This document shows positions 18,792-29,966 of a stretch of 64,000 nt of DNA, one piece after another; positions within the stretch are counted from its first letter, which is position 1; each line of letters opens with the position of its first letter. This stretch comes from an uncultured Flavobacteriales bacterium (GTDB lineage: Bacteria; Bacteroidota; Bacteroidia; Flavobacteriales_E; Vicingaceae), in the NCBI GenBank assembly GCA_937901255.1, contig CALCHN010000044.1, positions 6,102-70,101 on the forward strand. The letters run 5' to 3'. Both the position numbers and the translations under genes were made by a program. The notes under the pieces are model-generated. The model was not told the origin of the DNA. It made no database searches and saw only the letters and a list, made by a program, of their open reading frames with translations.

Positions 18792-21700
18792 ATGTTATTT
18801 ATTGCAGCATTTGTTGTGCTGGTAGCTGTTTTTCTTTCATTGACGGTTTATAACAATGCATTTCAAACTTTTTTAGTAAAAAAATACCTGAATCATTTAT
18901 CAAAAGAATTAAACACTACTATTAGTGTTGAAAATGTTCAAGTTTCATTCTTTAATAATTTAAAAATTAATCAATTATATGTTGAAGATTTGCAAAACGA
19001 TACCCTTTTTTATGCCAACGAAATTGAAGCTAAAATTGGTGTGTTTTCATTAGGAAATAACAAAATTGATATTAAGTCCATCACTTTAAAAGAACCATTT
19101 TTTAACTTACATCATCATCAAGATAGTGTGCGTAATAATTTATTTTTTATAGTTGATTATTTTTCAACAAACGAACCTAAAGATACAACAGCTTTAAAAT
19201 GGGAAGTTAAATTTAATGATGTTGACATCACAAAAGGTAAATTTATTTATCACAATAATAGAGTAGAACCAGTTGGGTACGGAGTAGATTATCAACACGT
19301 TGAAATTACTTACTTAAGCACAAAGTTGAAAGAAATAGATTTTATCCCTAATGGTGTAGCAACTGAAATTTACAACATGAGTTTTTATGAGAAATCTGGT
19401 TTTCAGTTAGACGATTTAACTACCAATTTTGCTATTTCTGATAAAGGAATTTATGCAGAAAAAATGTTATTAAAGACTCCTAATTCTGTTATAAATGGCG
19501 ATGTAGCTTTTGCAACAGATAGCTTTGCCGATTTATCTGAATTTATTACCAATGTTGATATAGAATCACATTTTGATTCATCTAAAGTAAGTTTTAGAGA
19601 CATCTGTTTTTTTACCAAAGAATTAGATTGTTTAAACAAATATGTTATGTTAGATGGGGATGTAAGAGGAAGAATAGATAAATTAAAAGGAAGAAACCTT
19701 TCCATAACAACTGATGACGGCACTTATTTTAGTGGAAATACTGATATTAGTGGCATCCCAAAGACGGAAGAGATTTTTATTTACCTAGATATAAAATCTT
19801 TAATTACTTCTAAAAACAGATTAGAACAAATCCCTTTATATCCTTTTGTTAGTGAAACATTTTTACAACTACCAGACAACTTGAAACACCTTGGAAATAT
19901 TAATTTTAAAGGTAAAGTATCAGGTTTTTTAAACGATTTTGTTGCTTATGGAAACTTTAGCACCGCTTTAGGAAATATCCATACCGATTTAGCTTTAAAG
20001 ATGAAACCAGATAAAACGTTTTATTCAGGAAAAATAAGTACCCGTAGTTTTCATTTAGGAAAGTTTTTTGAGGCACAAAATCAGATTGGAAAAATAGCGT
20101 TAAACACTAAAATAGTAGGAAGTGGATTTTCGCTGAAAGACATTGATGCCAAACTAACAGGGAATATAAATCAAATTGAACTTAAAGGATATCCTTATAC
20201 CAATATAAAAGTGGATGGAAAATTTAAAAATGAAATTTTTGAAGGTTTTTTGGATGTGAAAGACGAAAATTTAACCTTTAATTTTAACGGAAATGTAGAT
20301 TTTTCAGGAGAGTTGCCTCATTTACAGTTTGTATCTGAAATAAAAGAAGCCAAACTAGCTAAGCTAAATTTTATAGAGACGAAAGAAAAAATGAATACTC
20401 GCTTTTCTACAGATGTTAAAATAGATTTAATAGGAAGCAACATAGATAATATTGTTGGCGAAATTGAAATGCACAACACCAATTATATTGATAAACTAGA
20501 TACTATTTTTATCCCGAACACCTACCTAAAAGCTACTAAAACTAATGGTTCAAAAACTATTCAGTTAAATTCAGATTTTGCTACTATGGAAGTAAGTGGA
20601 AATTACCAATTTACCGACTTTAGGGCTGTTGTAAACAACTTGATTTATACTTATTTGCCTTCTCAAAACAAAGAAATTTATACACCACAAAAAGTAACTA
20701 ACAATTTTAATTTTAGTGCCACTATTTTAAATACAGACATTTTAACCAAATTGTTTTTTAATGACATAAGATTTGGTCCGAACACAAGTGTAGTTGGAGA
20801 GTATAATTCTGAAGCCAACCATTTGGTTGTTACTGGAACAGCAGATAGTGTAAAAGCTTATGGAAATAAATTTGAAGCTATAAACCTAAGCGGAAAAGCA
20901 AACAATACTCAGTTGCAAGTAGATGTTGATATTGAAAAAGTGTTGGTATTTAATGTAGATAGCTTGTTTATGAATGATTTTAAACTTAAAGGATTATTAC
21001 GACAAGATAGCTTAATTACAGACATAACTTGGTTAAACGATTCATTAAGCGGAAGACCTTTAGACGCATCTTTAAATAACATTACCTATTTCCAAACAGA
21101 ACAAATTACCAGTAGTTTTAGTAATGCTTTTATTTATTTAGATAATTTACAGTGGCAACTGTCAGAAGGAAATAGAATTGTTATAGATTCTAATAGCATA
21201 GGTATAGCTAACTTTAGGTTTGCTAATGAAAATCAAAAATTAGTAGTGGATGGAACTATTAGTGACGACAATAGTAAACAACAAATGGATGTGATGTTCG
21301 AAAATTTTAATTTAGGATTATTTAAGTCATTAATTCCTAAAAATGTAGCTAAATTAGAAGGCGTATTTAATGGAGTAGCTTCACTAAAAAAATTAAACAA
21401 CGAACTACTATTTACCTCCGATTTAAACATAAATAATTTTAAGTTAAACGATTATTTAATCGGTCAAGGAAACATAAAATCTAAATGGATAACCGAAAAA
21501 GAAGCCCTAAATGTTGATGCAAAATTCTTTAACGAAAGAATGCCTTCTATTATAGTGTATGGAAATTATTATCCAAATAAATCTGTTGAAGACAATTTAG
21601 ATTTTTTAATAACCTTAAACCAAACCGAACTTAGTATTTTAGATGCTTATGTAAAAGATTATGTAACCGATTTAGATGGCAAAGCTACTGCTAACATTAA

Positions 21701-23261
21701 GGTTAAAGGAAGTATGAAAGCTCCAGAATTAGAAGGTAAAATTAGCCTTATAGGTACAAGTGGAACGGTTAATTACTTAAAAACTAAATACAATGTACCA
21801 TCACTTTTAATAAACGTTACTCCTGATATGATTGCGTTTGATAATGCACTTTTTTTGGATGAAAGAAAAAATAAAGCCTTTGGTACAGCAACCTTGTTTC
21901 ATGATAACTTTAAAAACTTCAGTTTCGATTTAGGCATGCGTTTAGAAGATTTTATGGTGCTAAATACAAACAGACTAGATAATCCCGATTATTACGGAAT
22001 TGCTTTTGCTAGCGGTGTTGTTGGGATTAATTATGATCAATATACCTCTAAAACAGGAATAGAAGCAAACATCACCACATCAAAAAACACCATATTTAAT
22101 ATACCACTTGATGGTAATGAAGAAATTGAAGAAAATAGTTACATTACTTTTGTTACTAAAATAGATTCTTCCGTTTTAGCTAATAAAGTTGAAGAAGAAG
22201 AAGTAGATTTATCAAACTTTTTTATGAGTTTTGATTTAAAGGTTACTGATGATGCTGAAGTAAGACTGATTTTTGATGAAAAAATTGGAGACATCATGAA
22301 AAGTAGAGGGAATGGTAATTTAAAATTAGAAATTAATTCAGCTGGAGATTTTTCTATTTTTGGTGATTATGTTGTTAAAAGTGGAGATTACTTATTTACA
22401 CTTCAAAATGTAATTAATAAAAGATTTAACCTTCTCGAAGGAGGTATTATTAAATGGAATGGAGATCCATTAGACGCACAACTAGATGTTAGTACATCTT
22501 ACAGAACAAGAGCAAGATTGTATGATTTGTTAATGAATATAGATACTTCTGATGTGCTGAAAAAAAGAATTCCAGTTGACTTAGTATTGCACATGAAAAA
22601 TTCTTTATTAGCACCAGACATTAACTTTGATATTGTTTTGCCTACAGCAGATGAAGACACCAAAAGCAAGGTAAAAAGTGTGTTGTATGTTAGTAGTCAG
22701 GAAGAAAATATTCAGGAGCTTAACCGACAAGTATTTTCTTTATTAGTACTAAACAGGTTTTTACCACCACCAGGAGCAGACGGTGTTGCAGGTAACGCAG
22801 GTCTTGAAAAAACAGCTACAAGTGAACTGTTATCAAATCAATTAAGTAATTGGCTCTCTAAAATTAGTAATGAGTTTGATATAGGTGTAAATTATCGTCC
22901 TGGAGATGAAATTTCTCCACAAGAGTTTGAAGTGGCACTTTCTACACAATTACTAAACGATAGGTTAATTATAGATTCTAACTTTGGAATTGCCGATAGG
23001 CAAAATGGTTCTACAGCAAATCAAAATACGAATAACCTTATTGGTGATGTGGTGTTGGAGTATAAAATCTCAAAAGACGGAAAGCTAAGGGTAAAAGCAT
23101 TTAATAAATCCAATCAGTTTTCGTTGTTAGAAATAAATAGTCCCTATACACAGGGTGTGGGTATTTCTTATAAAGAAGAGTTTGATACTATAGGCGAGTT
23201 TTTTAGATCGTTTTATAGTCTTTTTCAAAGAAGAACTAAAAAGCAAACAGCGAATGATTAA
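18792..23261 (+). CDS. TamB-like translocation/assembly module protein (1489 aa)
   Basis: N-terminal TM anchor followed by a very long beta-rich body and a DUF490-like C-terminus. It is divergent from tsaD, as is common in Bacteroidota. Confidence 0.8.
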   Translation: MLFIAAFVVLVAVFLSLTVYNNAFQTFLVKKYLNHLSKELNTTISVENVQVSFFNNLKINQLYVEDLQNDTLFYANEIEAKIGVFSLGNNKIDIKSITLKEPFFNLHHHQDSVRNNLFFIVDYFSTNEPKDTTALKWEVKFNDVDITKGKFIYHNNRVEPVGYGVDYQHVEITYLSTKLKEIDFIPNGVATEIYNMSFYEKSGFQLDDLTTNFAISDKGIYAEKMLLKTPNSVINGDVAFATDSFADLSEFITNVDIESHFDSSKVSFRDICFFTKELDCLNKYVMLDGDVRGRIDKLKGRNLSITTDDGTYFSGNTDISGIPKTEEIFIYLDIKSLITSKNRLEQIPLYPFVSETFLQLPDNLKHLGNINFKGKVSGFLNDFVAYGNFSTALGNIHTDLALKMKPDKTFYSGKISTRSFHLGKFFEAQNQIGKIALNTKIVGSGFSLKDIDAKLTGNINQIELKGYPYTNIKVDGKFKNEIFEGFLDVKDENLTFNFNGNVDFSGELPHLQFVSEIKEAKLAKLNFIETKEKMNTRFSTDVKIDLIGSNIDNIVGEIEMHNTNYIDKLDTIFIPNTYLKATKTNGSKTIQLNSDFATMEVSGNYQFTDFRAVVNNLIYTYLPSQNKEIYTPQKVTNNFNFSATILNTDILTKLFFNDIRFGPNTSVVGEYNSEANHLVVTGTADSVKAYGNKFEAINLSGKANNTQLQVDVDIEKVLVFNVDSLFMNDFKLKGLLRQDSLITDITWLNDSLSGRPLDASLNNITYFQTEQITSSFSNAFIYLDNLQWQLSEGNRIVIDSNSIGIANFRFANENQKLVVDGTISDDNSKQQMDVMFENFNLGLFKSLIPKNVAKLEGVFNGVASLKKLNNELLFTSDLNINNFKLNDYLIGQGNIKSKWITEKEALNVDAKFFNERMPSIIVYGNYYPNKSVEDNLDFLITLNQTELSILDAYVKDYVTDLDGKATANIKVKGSMKAPELEGKISLIGTSGTVNYLKTKYNVPSLLINVTPDMIAFDNALFLDERKNKAFGTATLFHDNFKNFSFDLGMRLEDFMVLNTNRLDNPDYYGIAFASGVVGINYDQYTSKTGIEANITTSKNTIFNIPLDGNEEIEENSYITFVTKIDSSVLANKVEEEEVDLSNFFMSFDLKVTDDAEVRLIFDEKIGDIMKSRGNGNLKLEINSAGDFSIFGDYVVKSGDYLFTLQNVINKRFNLLEGGIIKWNGDPLDAQLDVSTSYRTRARLYDLLMNIDTSDVLKKRIPVDLVLHMKNSLLAPDINFDIVLPTADEDTKSKVKSVLYVSSQEENIQELNRQVFSLLVLNRFLPPPGADGVAGNAGLEKTATSELLSNQLSNWLSKISNEFDIGVNYRPGDEISPQEFEVALSTQLLNDRLIIDSNFGIADRQNGSTANQNTNNLIGDVVLEYKISKDGKLRVKAFNKSNQFSLLEINSPYTQGVGISYKEEFDTIGEFFRSFYSLFQRRTKKQTAND

Positions 23262-23432
23262 AAAAAAAGCCTTTGAGAAGTAATTCCCAAAGACCTTTTT
23301 AAACCTAAAACTTTTAATTAAAAAACTAACAATCATTTCATTTCAACTATTGTGCCATGTTTTTTTAACAAATCTTAAGGCATCAATGAATTAAAAATTA
23401 TGTAATTTTACCTCGATTCTTAAAAAACTATT

Positions 23433-24086
23433 GTGAAAAGCTTTTCTAAACATATTCTACTCACCACTTTTATATTGATGTTTGTGCTTGTTTTATCGGC
23501 TCAAACTAATAAGTCGGATAGCTTAATTTACAATCAGGGTGATGAATATGCAATTCCTTACGACTCTTTAAGTCCGATAGATAAATTAAATTATAATTTC
23601 AGATTTGGAGCAATGATAATGTCTAATGGAAGTTTTGGAACCTATTATAACCCATCAGTTACGTATCAACTTTCAAAAAAATGGAGTGTAAATGCGGGCG
23701 TTACTTATCAGAATGTAAGTGCCAATAATATGCCCATGCTAACAGATTTTGGTTACCAACCTTTTACAGGTAATATATCTCAGTTTTACGGTTATGTTGC
23801 AGCTAAGTACCAAATAGATGAAAGATGGGCAGTAGGAGGTTCTGTTTTTTATAATGCCATTACTTTTAATAATCCTTATTACGCATATTCTAACAACAAC
23901 ATTTCTCCAATGGATAGAGTAGGTTACTCTGGCTTTGTACAATATAAATCTCCTAGTGGTTTTACTATTACTGGCGAAGTTAGAGTAAACGATAGGTTTA
24001 ATCCATACAACAGATTTGGAGGTTTTAACTCCGGTATTGGAGCAGGTTTCGACAATAGCTTTGGCTCCCCATTTTCTACTTGGTAG
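23433..24086 (+). CDS. Hypothetical secreted protein, possibly an outer-membrane beta-barrel (217 aa)
   Basis: Signal peptide. Alternating aromatic/Gly-rich strands and an aromatic C-terminal residue. GTG start. Confidence 0.45.
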   Translation: MKSFSKHILLTTFILMFVLVLSAQTNKSDSLIYNQGDEYAIPYDSLSPIDKLNYNFRFGAMIMSNGSFGTYYNPSVTYQLSKKWSVNAGVTYQNVSANNMPMLTDFGYQPFTGNISQFYGYVAAKYQIDERWAVGGSVFYNAITFNNPYYAYSNNNISPMDRVGYSGFVQYKSPSGFTITGEVRVNDRFNPYNRFGGFNSGIGAGFDNSFGSPFSTW

Positions 24087-24317
24087 AGGTTCAGATTTAA
24101 ATTTCTTTGCTTAAGGTTTTTTTTATCACGAATATCACAATGTGATTAGAATTAAATATTCTTTTAAAAGTTTAGTTTTTAATAAACTATTTTTTTACAT
24201 TGTAGATTTTAACTGGATTAGCTAGCTTTTGCTTTATTTTCTAATTCTCCAAAATTCCACTTTGCTGTTGTTAATCTTTAACGTAATTTTACGGCTCAAT
24301 TTTTAATTTTTTTATTA

Positions 24318-26945
24318 ATGAGCATCAACAATAAATACAATCCTACCGATATTGAAAAAAAATGGTACGACTACTGGATGAAAAACGATTTTTTCAGCTC
24401 AGTACCTGATGAAAGAGAACCCTACACAATTGTAATTCCTCCACCAAACGTAACTGGAGTTTTACACATGGGGCACATGCTTAACAATACCATTCAGGAT
24501 GTATTAATTCGTAGAGCCAGAATGTTGGGCTACAATGCTTGTTGGGTGCCAGGTACCGACCATGCTTCTATTGCTACCGAAACGAAAGTAGTAAACTTGT
24601 TGAGAGAGCAAGGGATTAATAAAAGAGATATTGGCAGAGAAAAATTCTTAGAACACGCTTTTGAGTGGAAAGAAAAATACGGAGGAATTATTTTAGACCA
24701 GTTAAAACGTTTAGGAGCCAGCTGTGACTGGAAGCGAACTCGTTTTACCATGGAACCCAAATTATCGGATGCAGTAATTCAATCGTTTGTAGAGTTGTAT
24801 AACAAAGGATACATTTATAAAGATTGGAAGATAGTAAACTGGGACCCTAAAGCCCAAACAACGCTTTCTAACGAGGAGGTTATCCGAAAAGAAGTAAACT
24901 CCAACCTATATTATGTAAAGTATAAAATTGTTGGTGAAGAAGGTTATGTAACTGTTGCTACCACTCGTCCGGAAACCATTATGGGCGATGTGGCTATTTG
25001 TGTGCACCCCAAAGACGATAGGTATTTTCATTTACATGGAAAGAAAGTAATTGTTCCCATGGTAAACCGTGAAGTACCTATTATTTGCGATGATTATATT
25101 GACAGAGAATTTGGTACAGGAATGCTAAAAGTTACTCCGGCACACGATATTAACGATTATGAAATTGGAATAAGACACGGCTTGGATGTGATAGACACCT
25201 TTAATGATGATGGCACTATCAGCGAAGCAGCAGGAATTTTTGTTGGAGAGGATAGATTTGTGGTACGTAAAAAAGCGGCTGCCTTATTGCAAGAACAAGG
25301 TTTGCTGGAAAAAACAGAACAAATTACCAACAATGTGGGGTATTCTGAAAGAAATCCTGATACGGTGGTAGAACCAAAATTATCTTTACAATGGTTTGTA
25401 AAGATGGACGAAATGGTAAAGCCGGCATTGAAACACGTAATGAATGATGATATTCAGTTATTTCCGAAAAAATTTAAAAATGTTTACCAACATTGGTTAG
25501 AAAATATTAGAGATTGGCCAATTTCTCGTCAGTTGTGGTGGGGACAGCAAATTCCGGCTTTTTATTACAATGAGCAAAAAGATTTTGTAGTAGCATCTAC
25601 CAAAGAAGCAGCTTTACAATTGGCTAAAGAAAAATCGGGAAACAACAGTTTAACAGAAAATGATTTAATACAAGATGAAGATGTGTTAGATACGTGGTTT
25701 TCATCATGGTTGTGGCCTATTTCTGTGTTTGATGGTTTTGAAGAAAATTCACCGGATTTCGATTATTATTATCCTACCAATGTATTGGTAACGGGTTGGG
25801 ATATTATTTTCTTTTGGGTAGCTCGAATGATTTTTGCGGGCTATGAGTTTAAAAACGAAAAACCCTTTAAGGATGTTTATTTTACTGGTATGGTAAGAGA
25901 TAAGCAACGCAGAAAAATGAGTAAATCCTTAGGGAATTCGCCCGATGCGTTGGAGTTAATAGATAAATATGGAGCTGATGGTGTTCGTTTTGGAATGTTG
26001 TCGTGTGCCGCTGCGGGCAACGATTTATTGTTTGATGAAGCATTGTGCGACCAAGGAAGTAAATTTTCTACTAAAATGTGGAATGCTTTCCGATTGGTAA
26101 AAGGATGGGAGGTAAACAAAACATTGGAGCAACCCGAAAGTGCTAAGGTGGCTATTAATTGGTTTGAGTCTAAATTAAATACTACCATCAAAGAAATAGA
26201 GGATAATTTCTCAAAATATCGTTTATCGGATGCGTTGATGAGTACGTATAAATTGATATGGAACGACTTCTGCTCTTGGTATTTAGAAAGTGTAAAACCC
26301 GATTATCAACAACCAATCGACCAAAAAACATTAGAAACAACCATCTATTTCTTTGAAGAATTGTTAAAAATCTTGCATCCTTTTATGCCTTTTGTTACGG
26401 AAGAATTGTGGCAAAATTTAGATGAAAGAAAAGATGGAGAAACCATTATGTTGCTCGATTTTCCTGAAGCAGATACCATTGACGAAGAAATATTGACCAA
26501 TTTTGATTATGCCACCAATGTTATTACTGAAATCAGAAATTTTAGAAAATCTAAAAACATTGCCAACAAAGATAAGCTGGAGTTGAAAGTGAAATTAAAC
26601 GAAGGCGTTGATCAATCAATGGATGCCATTATTTCAAAACTTACCAACTTATCTGAATTGTCTTATGTTGAAGATAAAGTAGAAGGAACTTATTCTTTTG
26701 TGGTAAAATCTAATGAATATTTTATACCTTTAGCAGGAAATGTAGATGTAGATGCTGAGCTAGAAAAAATTAAAACAGAGTTGGAATATGCTAAAGGCTT
26801 GTTGGCAATTGTGGATAAAAAATTAGCCAACGAAAAATTTGTTAATGGAGCTCCAGAGCAAGTGGTAGCAGCAGAAAAAAAGAAAAAAGCTGACGCTGAA
26901 GCAAAAATTAAAGTGTTGGAAGAGCAATTAATGAGTTTAAAATAA
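24318..26945 (+). CDS. valS: Valine--tRNA ligase
   Basis: HIGH-type motif PPPNVTGVLHMGH, KMSKS motif KMSKSLGN and a C-terminal coiled coil. Confidence 0.97.
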   Translation: MSINNKYNPTDIEKKWYDYWMKNDFFSSVPDEREPYTIVIPPPNVTGVLHMGHMLNNTIQDVLIRRARMLGYNACWVPGTDHASIATETKVVNLLREQGINKRDIGREKFLEHAFEWKEKYGGIILDQLKRLGASCDWKRTRFTMEPKLSDAVIQSFVELYNKGYIYKDWKIVNWDPKAQTTLSNEEVIRKEVNSNLYYVKYKIVGEEGYVTVATTRPETIMGDVAICVHPKDDRYFHLHGKKVIVPMVNREVPIICDDYIDREFGTGMLKVTPAHDINDYEIGIRHGLDVIDTFNDDGTISEAAGIFVGEDRFVVRKKAAALLQEQGLLEKTEQITNNVGYSERNPDTVVEPKLSLQWFVKMDEMVKPALKHVMNDDIQLFPKKFKNVYQHWLENIRDWPISRQLWWGQQIPAFYYNEQKDFVVASTKEAALQLAKEKSGNNSLTENDLIQDEDVLDTWFSSWLWPISVFDGFEENSPDFDYYYPTNVLVTGWDIIFFWVARMIFAGYEFKNEKPFKDVYFTGMVRDKQRRKMSKSLGNSPDALELIDKYGADGVRFGMLSCAAAGNDLLFDEALCDQGSKFSTKMWNAFRLVKGWEVNKTLEQPESAKVAINWFESKLNTTIKEIEDNFSKYRLSDALMSTYKLIWNDFCSWYLESVKPDYQQPIDQKTLETTIYFFEELLKILHPFMPFVTEELWQNLDERKDGETIMLLDFPEADTIDEEILTNFDYATNVITEIRNFRKSKNIANKDKLELKVKLNEGVDQSMDAIISKLTNLSELSYVEDKVEGTYSFVVKSNEYFIPLAGNVDVDAELEKIKTELEYAKGLLAIVDKKLANEKFVNGAPEQVVAAEKKKKADAEAKIKVLEEQLMSLK

Positions 26946-27007
26946 AAATTAACCAATTACTTATCCGAAAGCGGTACTTTTTAAACACTAATAAAACAAA
27001 TATAACT

Positions 27008-27412
27008 ATGGGAAAAACAGGAATTTGGATAGACTCCAAAAAAGCGTATATCGTAAGCCTTTCAGGTAGCGATGCTAATTTATCAGTAATAACATCAGAA
27101 ATTGAAGGAGTAACCAGAATTGAAGGTGAAGGAAAAGAATATGGTAGATTTGGAGATCAATATGCTTCACTAGAAAATAAACAAGAAAACAGAAGAAAGC
27201 ACGAAGTTGCTGAATATTTGGCTGAGATTATTGAAAATGTTAAAACAGCCGAAGAAATTGTTGTTTTTGGTCCTGCACAAATGAAAATTGAGTTGGAGAA
27301 ACAAATAAAAGAAAATCAACCTTTAGCTAAAAAGCTGTTGGAAGTGGTAAGTGCCGATAGCATGACAGAAAATCAAATAGTTGCTTGGGTAAAAGATTAT
27401 TTTAAGGCGTAA
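27008..27412 (+). CDS. Small hypothetical protein, possibly host-attachment / bacterial eRF1-like (baeRF) fold
   Basis: 134 aa. The pattern GIWIDSKKAYIV ... HEVAEYLAEII ... IVVFGPAQMKIELEK resembles the Host_attach layout. The family call rests on memory only. Confidence 0.45.
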   Translation: MGKTGIWIDSKKAYIVSLSGSDANLSVITSEIEGVTRIEGEGKEYGRFGDQYASLENKQENRRKHEVAEYLAEIIENVKTAEEIVVFGPAQMKIELEKQIKENQPLAKKLLEVVSADSMTENQIVAWVKDYFKA

Positions 27413-27416
27413 ATAC

Positions 27417-28709
27417 GTGGAGTACCTTTCGTTAAATACCTTAAGTCATTATTTACAAAAACTAGTTTCTAGTAAGCTATGGGTTAAAGTATTAGTTGCT
27501 TTATCTTTAGGAGTAATAGTAGGAATAATGCTTAGTCCTAACTTTGGTTGGGTTTCAAAAGAGTTGAGTACCGTTATAGGTAATTGGCTTTCCTTACCGG
27601 GAAAATTATTTTTGAAGATGGTGCAGATGATAATGATTCCGCTAATTTTTACTTCAATAATTTCCGGAATTGTAGGTACTTCAGGAGAGCAGCTAAAGAA
27701 AATGGGAGTAAGGATATTACTCTACTTTATTTTTACTACAGCTGTTGCCATAAGTTTAGGGGTTTTATTAGTAAGCTTTTTTAAGCCCGGAGCATCTATT
27801 TTTAGAAAAGGAGCTTTTAAATTATCAGAATCTCAAGTAAACCTGATAGATAATAACGGTACAAATTCTTTTTTTGATATTCCAAATGCTATAAGCAATT
27901 TACTTCCTGAAAATCCTTTGGCATCAATGGTTTCAGGAGAAATGTTGAGCATCGTTATTTTTTCAATCATTATAGGAATAGCCATCACCCAATTAACTAA
28001 AAAAGAAGAAAATCCCATAACATCATTATTATATGCCGTTCAAGAAATTTGTATGACTATTGTTTCTTGGGCTATGCGTTTAGTGCCTTATGCTGTTTTT
28101 GGTTTAATTGCTCAATTAATATCGGGGATAGGATTAGATAGTTTGGCAGGCATAGGGTTTTATGTAGGAGTTGTAGTATTAGGATTAGCTATTTTACTTA
28201 TCTTTTATATGATGATGTTGGCTATTTTTGGAAGAACCAACCCTTTTACTTTTATGAAAAACATTGTTGATGTGCAATTATTGGCATTTTCAACAACAAG
28301 TTCGGCAGCTGTAATGCCATTATCTATTAAAACAGCCAACGAAAAATTAGGTATTTCGCCACAAATAAGCAATTTTATAGTTCCTATTGGTGCTACCATT
28401 AATATGGATGGAACAGCTCTTTTTCAATGTGTAAGTACTATTTTTATTGCTCAGGCTTACGGAATAGAAATATCATTAGTAAACATTGGATTAATAATGG
28501 TAACTATTGTTGCCGCTTCTATAGGAACTCCATCTATTCCTGGAGGTGGAGTAGTGGTGTTAGCTTCAGTACTTCAGAGTGCTAATATTCCAACAGAAGG
28601 TATTGTAATTATAATAGGAGTAGAAAGAGTGCTTGGAATGTTCAGAACAGCCATAAATGTTACTGGAGATTTAACCGCCTGTGTATTATTTAATAGGTGG
28701 TTAAAGTAA
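27417..28709 (+). CDS. Dicarboxylate/amino acid:cation symporter (DAACS, GltP-like)
   Basis: Polytopic protein with family motifs SSSAAVMP, NMDGTALFQ and VTGDLTAC. GTG start 4 nt after the preceding stop. Confidence 0.85.
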   Translation: MEYLSLNTLSHYLQKLVSSKLWVKVLVALSLGVIVGIMLSPNFGWVSKELSTVIGNWLSLPGKLFLKMVQMIMIPLIFTSIISGIVGTSGEQLKKMGVRILLYFIFTTAVAISLGVLLVSFFKPGASIFRKGAFKLSESQVNLIDNNGTNSFFDIPNAISNLLPENPLASMVSGEMLSIVIFSIIIGIAITQLTKKEENPITSLLYAVQEICMTIVSWAMRLVPYAVFGLIAQLISGIGLDSLAGIGFYVGVVVLGLAILLIFYMMMLAIFGRTNPFTFMKNIVDVQLLAFSTTSSAAVMPLSIKTANEKLGISPQISNFIVPIGATINMDGTALFQCVSTIFIAQAYGIEISLVNIGLIMVTIVAASIGTPSIPGGGVVVLASVLQSANIPTEGIVIIIGVERVLGMFRTAINVTGDLTACVLFNRWLK

Positions 28710-28710
28710 A

Positions 28711-29115
28711 TCAAAAATAAGCCTTCATAGCTTCAATAAAATCAGTAGGTGCAGCACATGGTCGTTGTGTATTTTTGTTAATAAAAACCAATGTTGTTGA
28801 AGCTTCATTAATCAACTCATTTTTTTCATTAAAGGTTTGGTAAGTGAATGAAATTCGTGCTTGAGGGAGTTCGCTAATGGTTGTTTCTATTCTTAATTCA
28901 TCATCATAAAAAGCAGGTTTGTAGTATTTTATAGAAAACTCTAAAACAGGCAAGGCTATGCCTTCATCTTCCATTCTTCTGTAACTAAACCCTAATTTTT
29001 TAATGGCTTCTACACGAGCTACTTCAAAATAAGTAGCATAATTTCCGTAATAAACATAGCCCATCATATCGGTTTCGGCATATCTAACTCTTATTTTTGT
29101 TGTTGATGTGTACAT
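28711..29115 (-). CDS. Acyl-CoA thioesterase, YbgC/4HBT family
   Basis: Hotdog-fold N-terminus RVRYAETDMMGYVYYGNY. 134 aa. Confidence 0.85.
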   Translation of the reverse strand: MYTSTTKIRVRYAETDMMGYVYYGNYATYFEVARVEAIKKLGFSYRRMEDEGIALPVLEFSIKYYKPAFYDDELRIETTISELPQARISFTYQTFNEKNELINEASTTLVFINKNTQRPCAAPTDFIEAMKAYF

Positions 29116-29189
29116 AATATAAAATTGATGAAAAATTTACGGTAAAGTTCGTAATTTGGTCAACTCAGGCAAACTTATTAAGCAATAAC

Positions 29190-29966
29190 ATGCAGTTTTT
29201 TTTCTCAACATACCCATTTTCAGCTATTAAGAGAGTGTTGGCAACAGTTTTTACTGTTTTTCTCCTTGCTTGTCAGCCTGCGGTTTATGAGAAAACCAAA
29301 GATACTTCCATTAATATTAGTGAAACAACAACAGCACACCAACAAGCAACAGTGTTAATTTCTCCTTTTAAAGATAGTCTAGAAAAAGAAATGAATGAAG
29401 TACTGGTTTTGTCTGCTGAAGAATTTCCTAAAGAAAAAGGTAAGCCAGAAACTAAATTGGGAAACCTTGTTGCGGATTTAAGTCTTGAAATAGCTAATAA
29501 AATGTATGAAGGTAATATAGATTTTTGTATGTTGAATTTTGGTGGATTAAGAACTTCTCTTCCCAAAGGCGAAATTACCCGAGGAAAAATTTTTGAATTG
29601 ATGCCTTTTGAAAATGAGTTGGTGGTGGTTAGTATTAGTCAAGATAGTTTAAATAGTTTAATAAATTACTTAAATAGAGTTGGAGGACAACCTGTTTCGG
29701 GAGTTAAAGTTGAATTTTCTCAAGATAATCAAGAGGTAAAATATAAATATCGAAAAAATGATAAATCATTAAATACGACTTACACAATATTAACATCCGA
29801 CTATTTAGCCAATGGTGGTGATAACATGACTTTCTTTTTAAATCCTATTAAAATAGAAAAAGTAGGGATAAAATTAAGAGATGCCATTATACAATATTGT
29901 GTAGAACAACACGCACAAGGAAAACAACTAAGCGGAAAATTAGAAGGGAGGATAGTTTATGAGTAA
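29190..29966 (+). CDS. 5'-nucleotidase C-terminal (substrate-binding) domain lipoprotein
   Basis: Lipobox LLAC. NTase_C-like motifs LGNLVADL, FGGLR and SDYLANGGD. Confidence 0.8.
   Translation: MQFFFSTYPFSAIKRVLATVFTVFLLACQPAVYEKTKDTSINISETTTAHQQATVLISPFKDSLEKEMNEVLVLSAEEFPKEKGKPETKLGNLVADLSLEIANKMYEGNIDFCMLNFGGLRTSLPKGEITRGKIFELMPFENELVVVSISQDSLNSLINYLNRVGGQPVSGVKVEFSQDNQEVKYKYRKNDKSLNTTYTILTSDYLANGGDNMTFFLNPIKIEKVGIKLRDAIIQYCVEQHAQGKQLSGKLEGRIVYE

Noticed and set aside
23127-23336. 69-aa minus-strand ORF spanning the TamB-like gene stop and the following intergenic region.
   Set aside because: Most of it is antisense to the TamB-like C-terminus. It has no signal, no motif, and AT-rich low-complexity composition.
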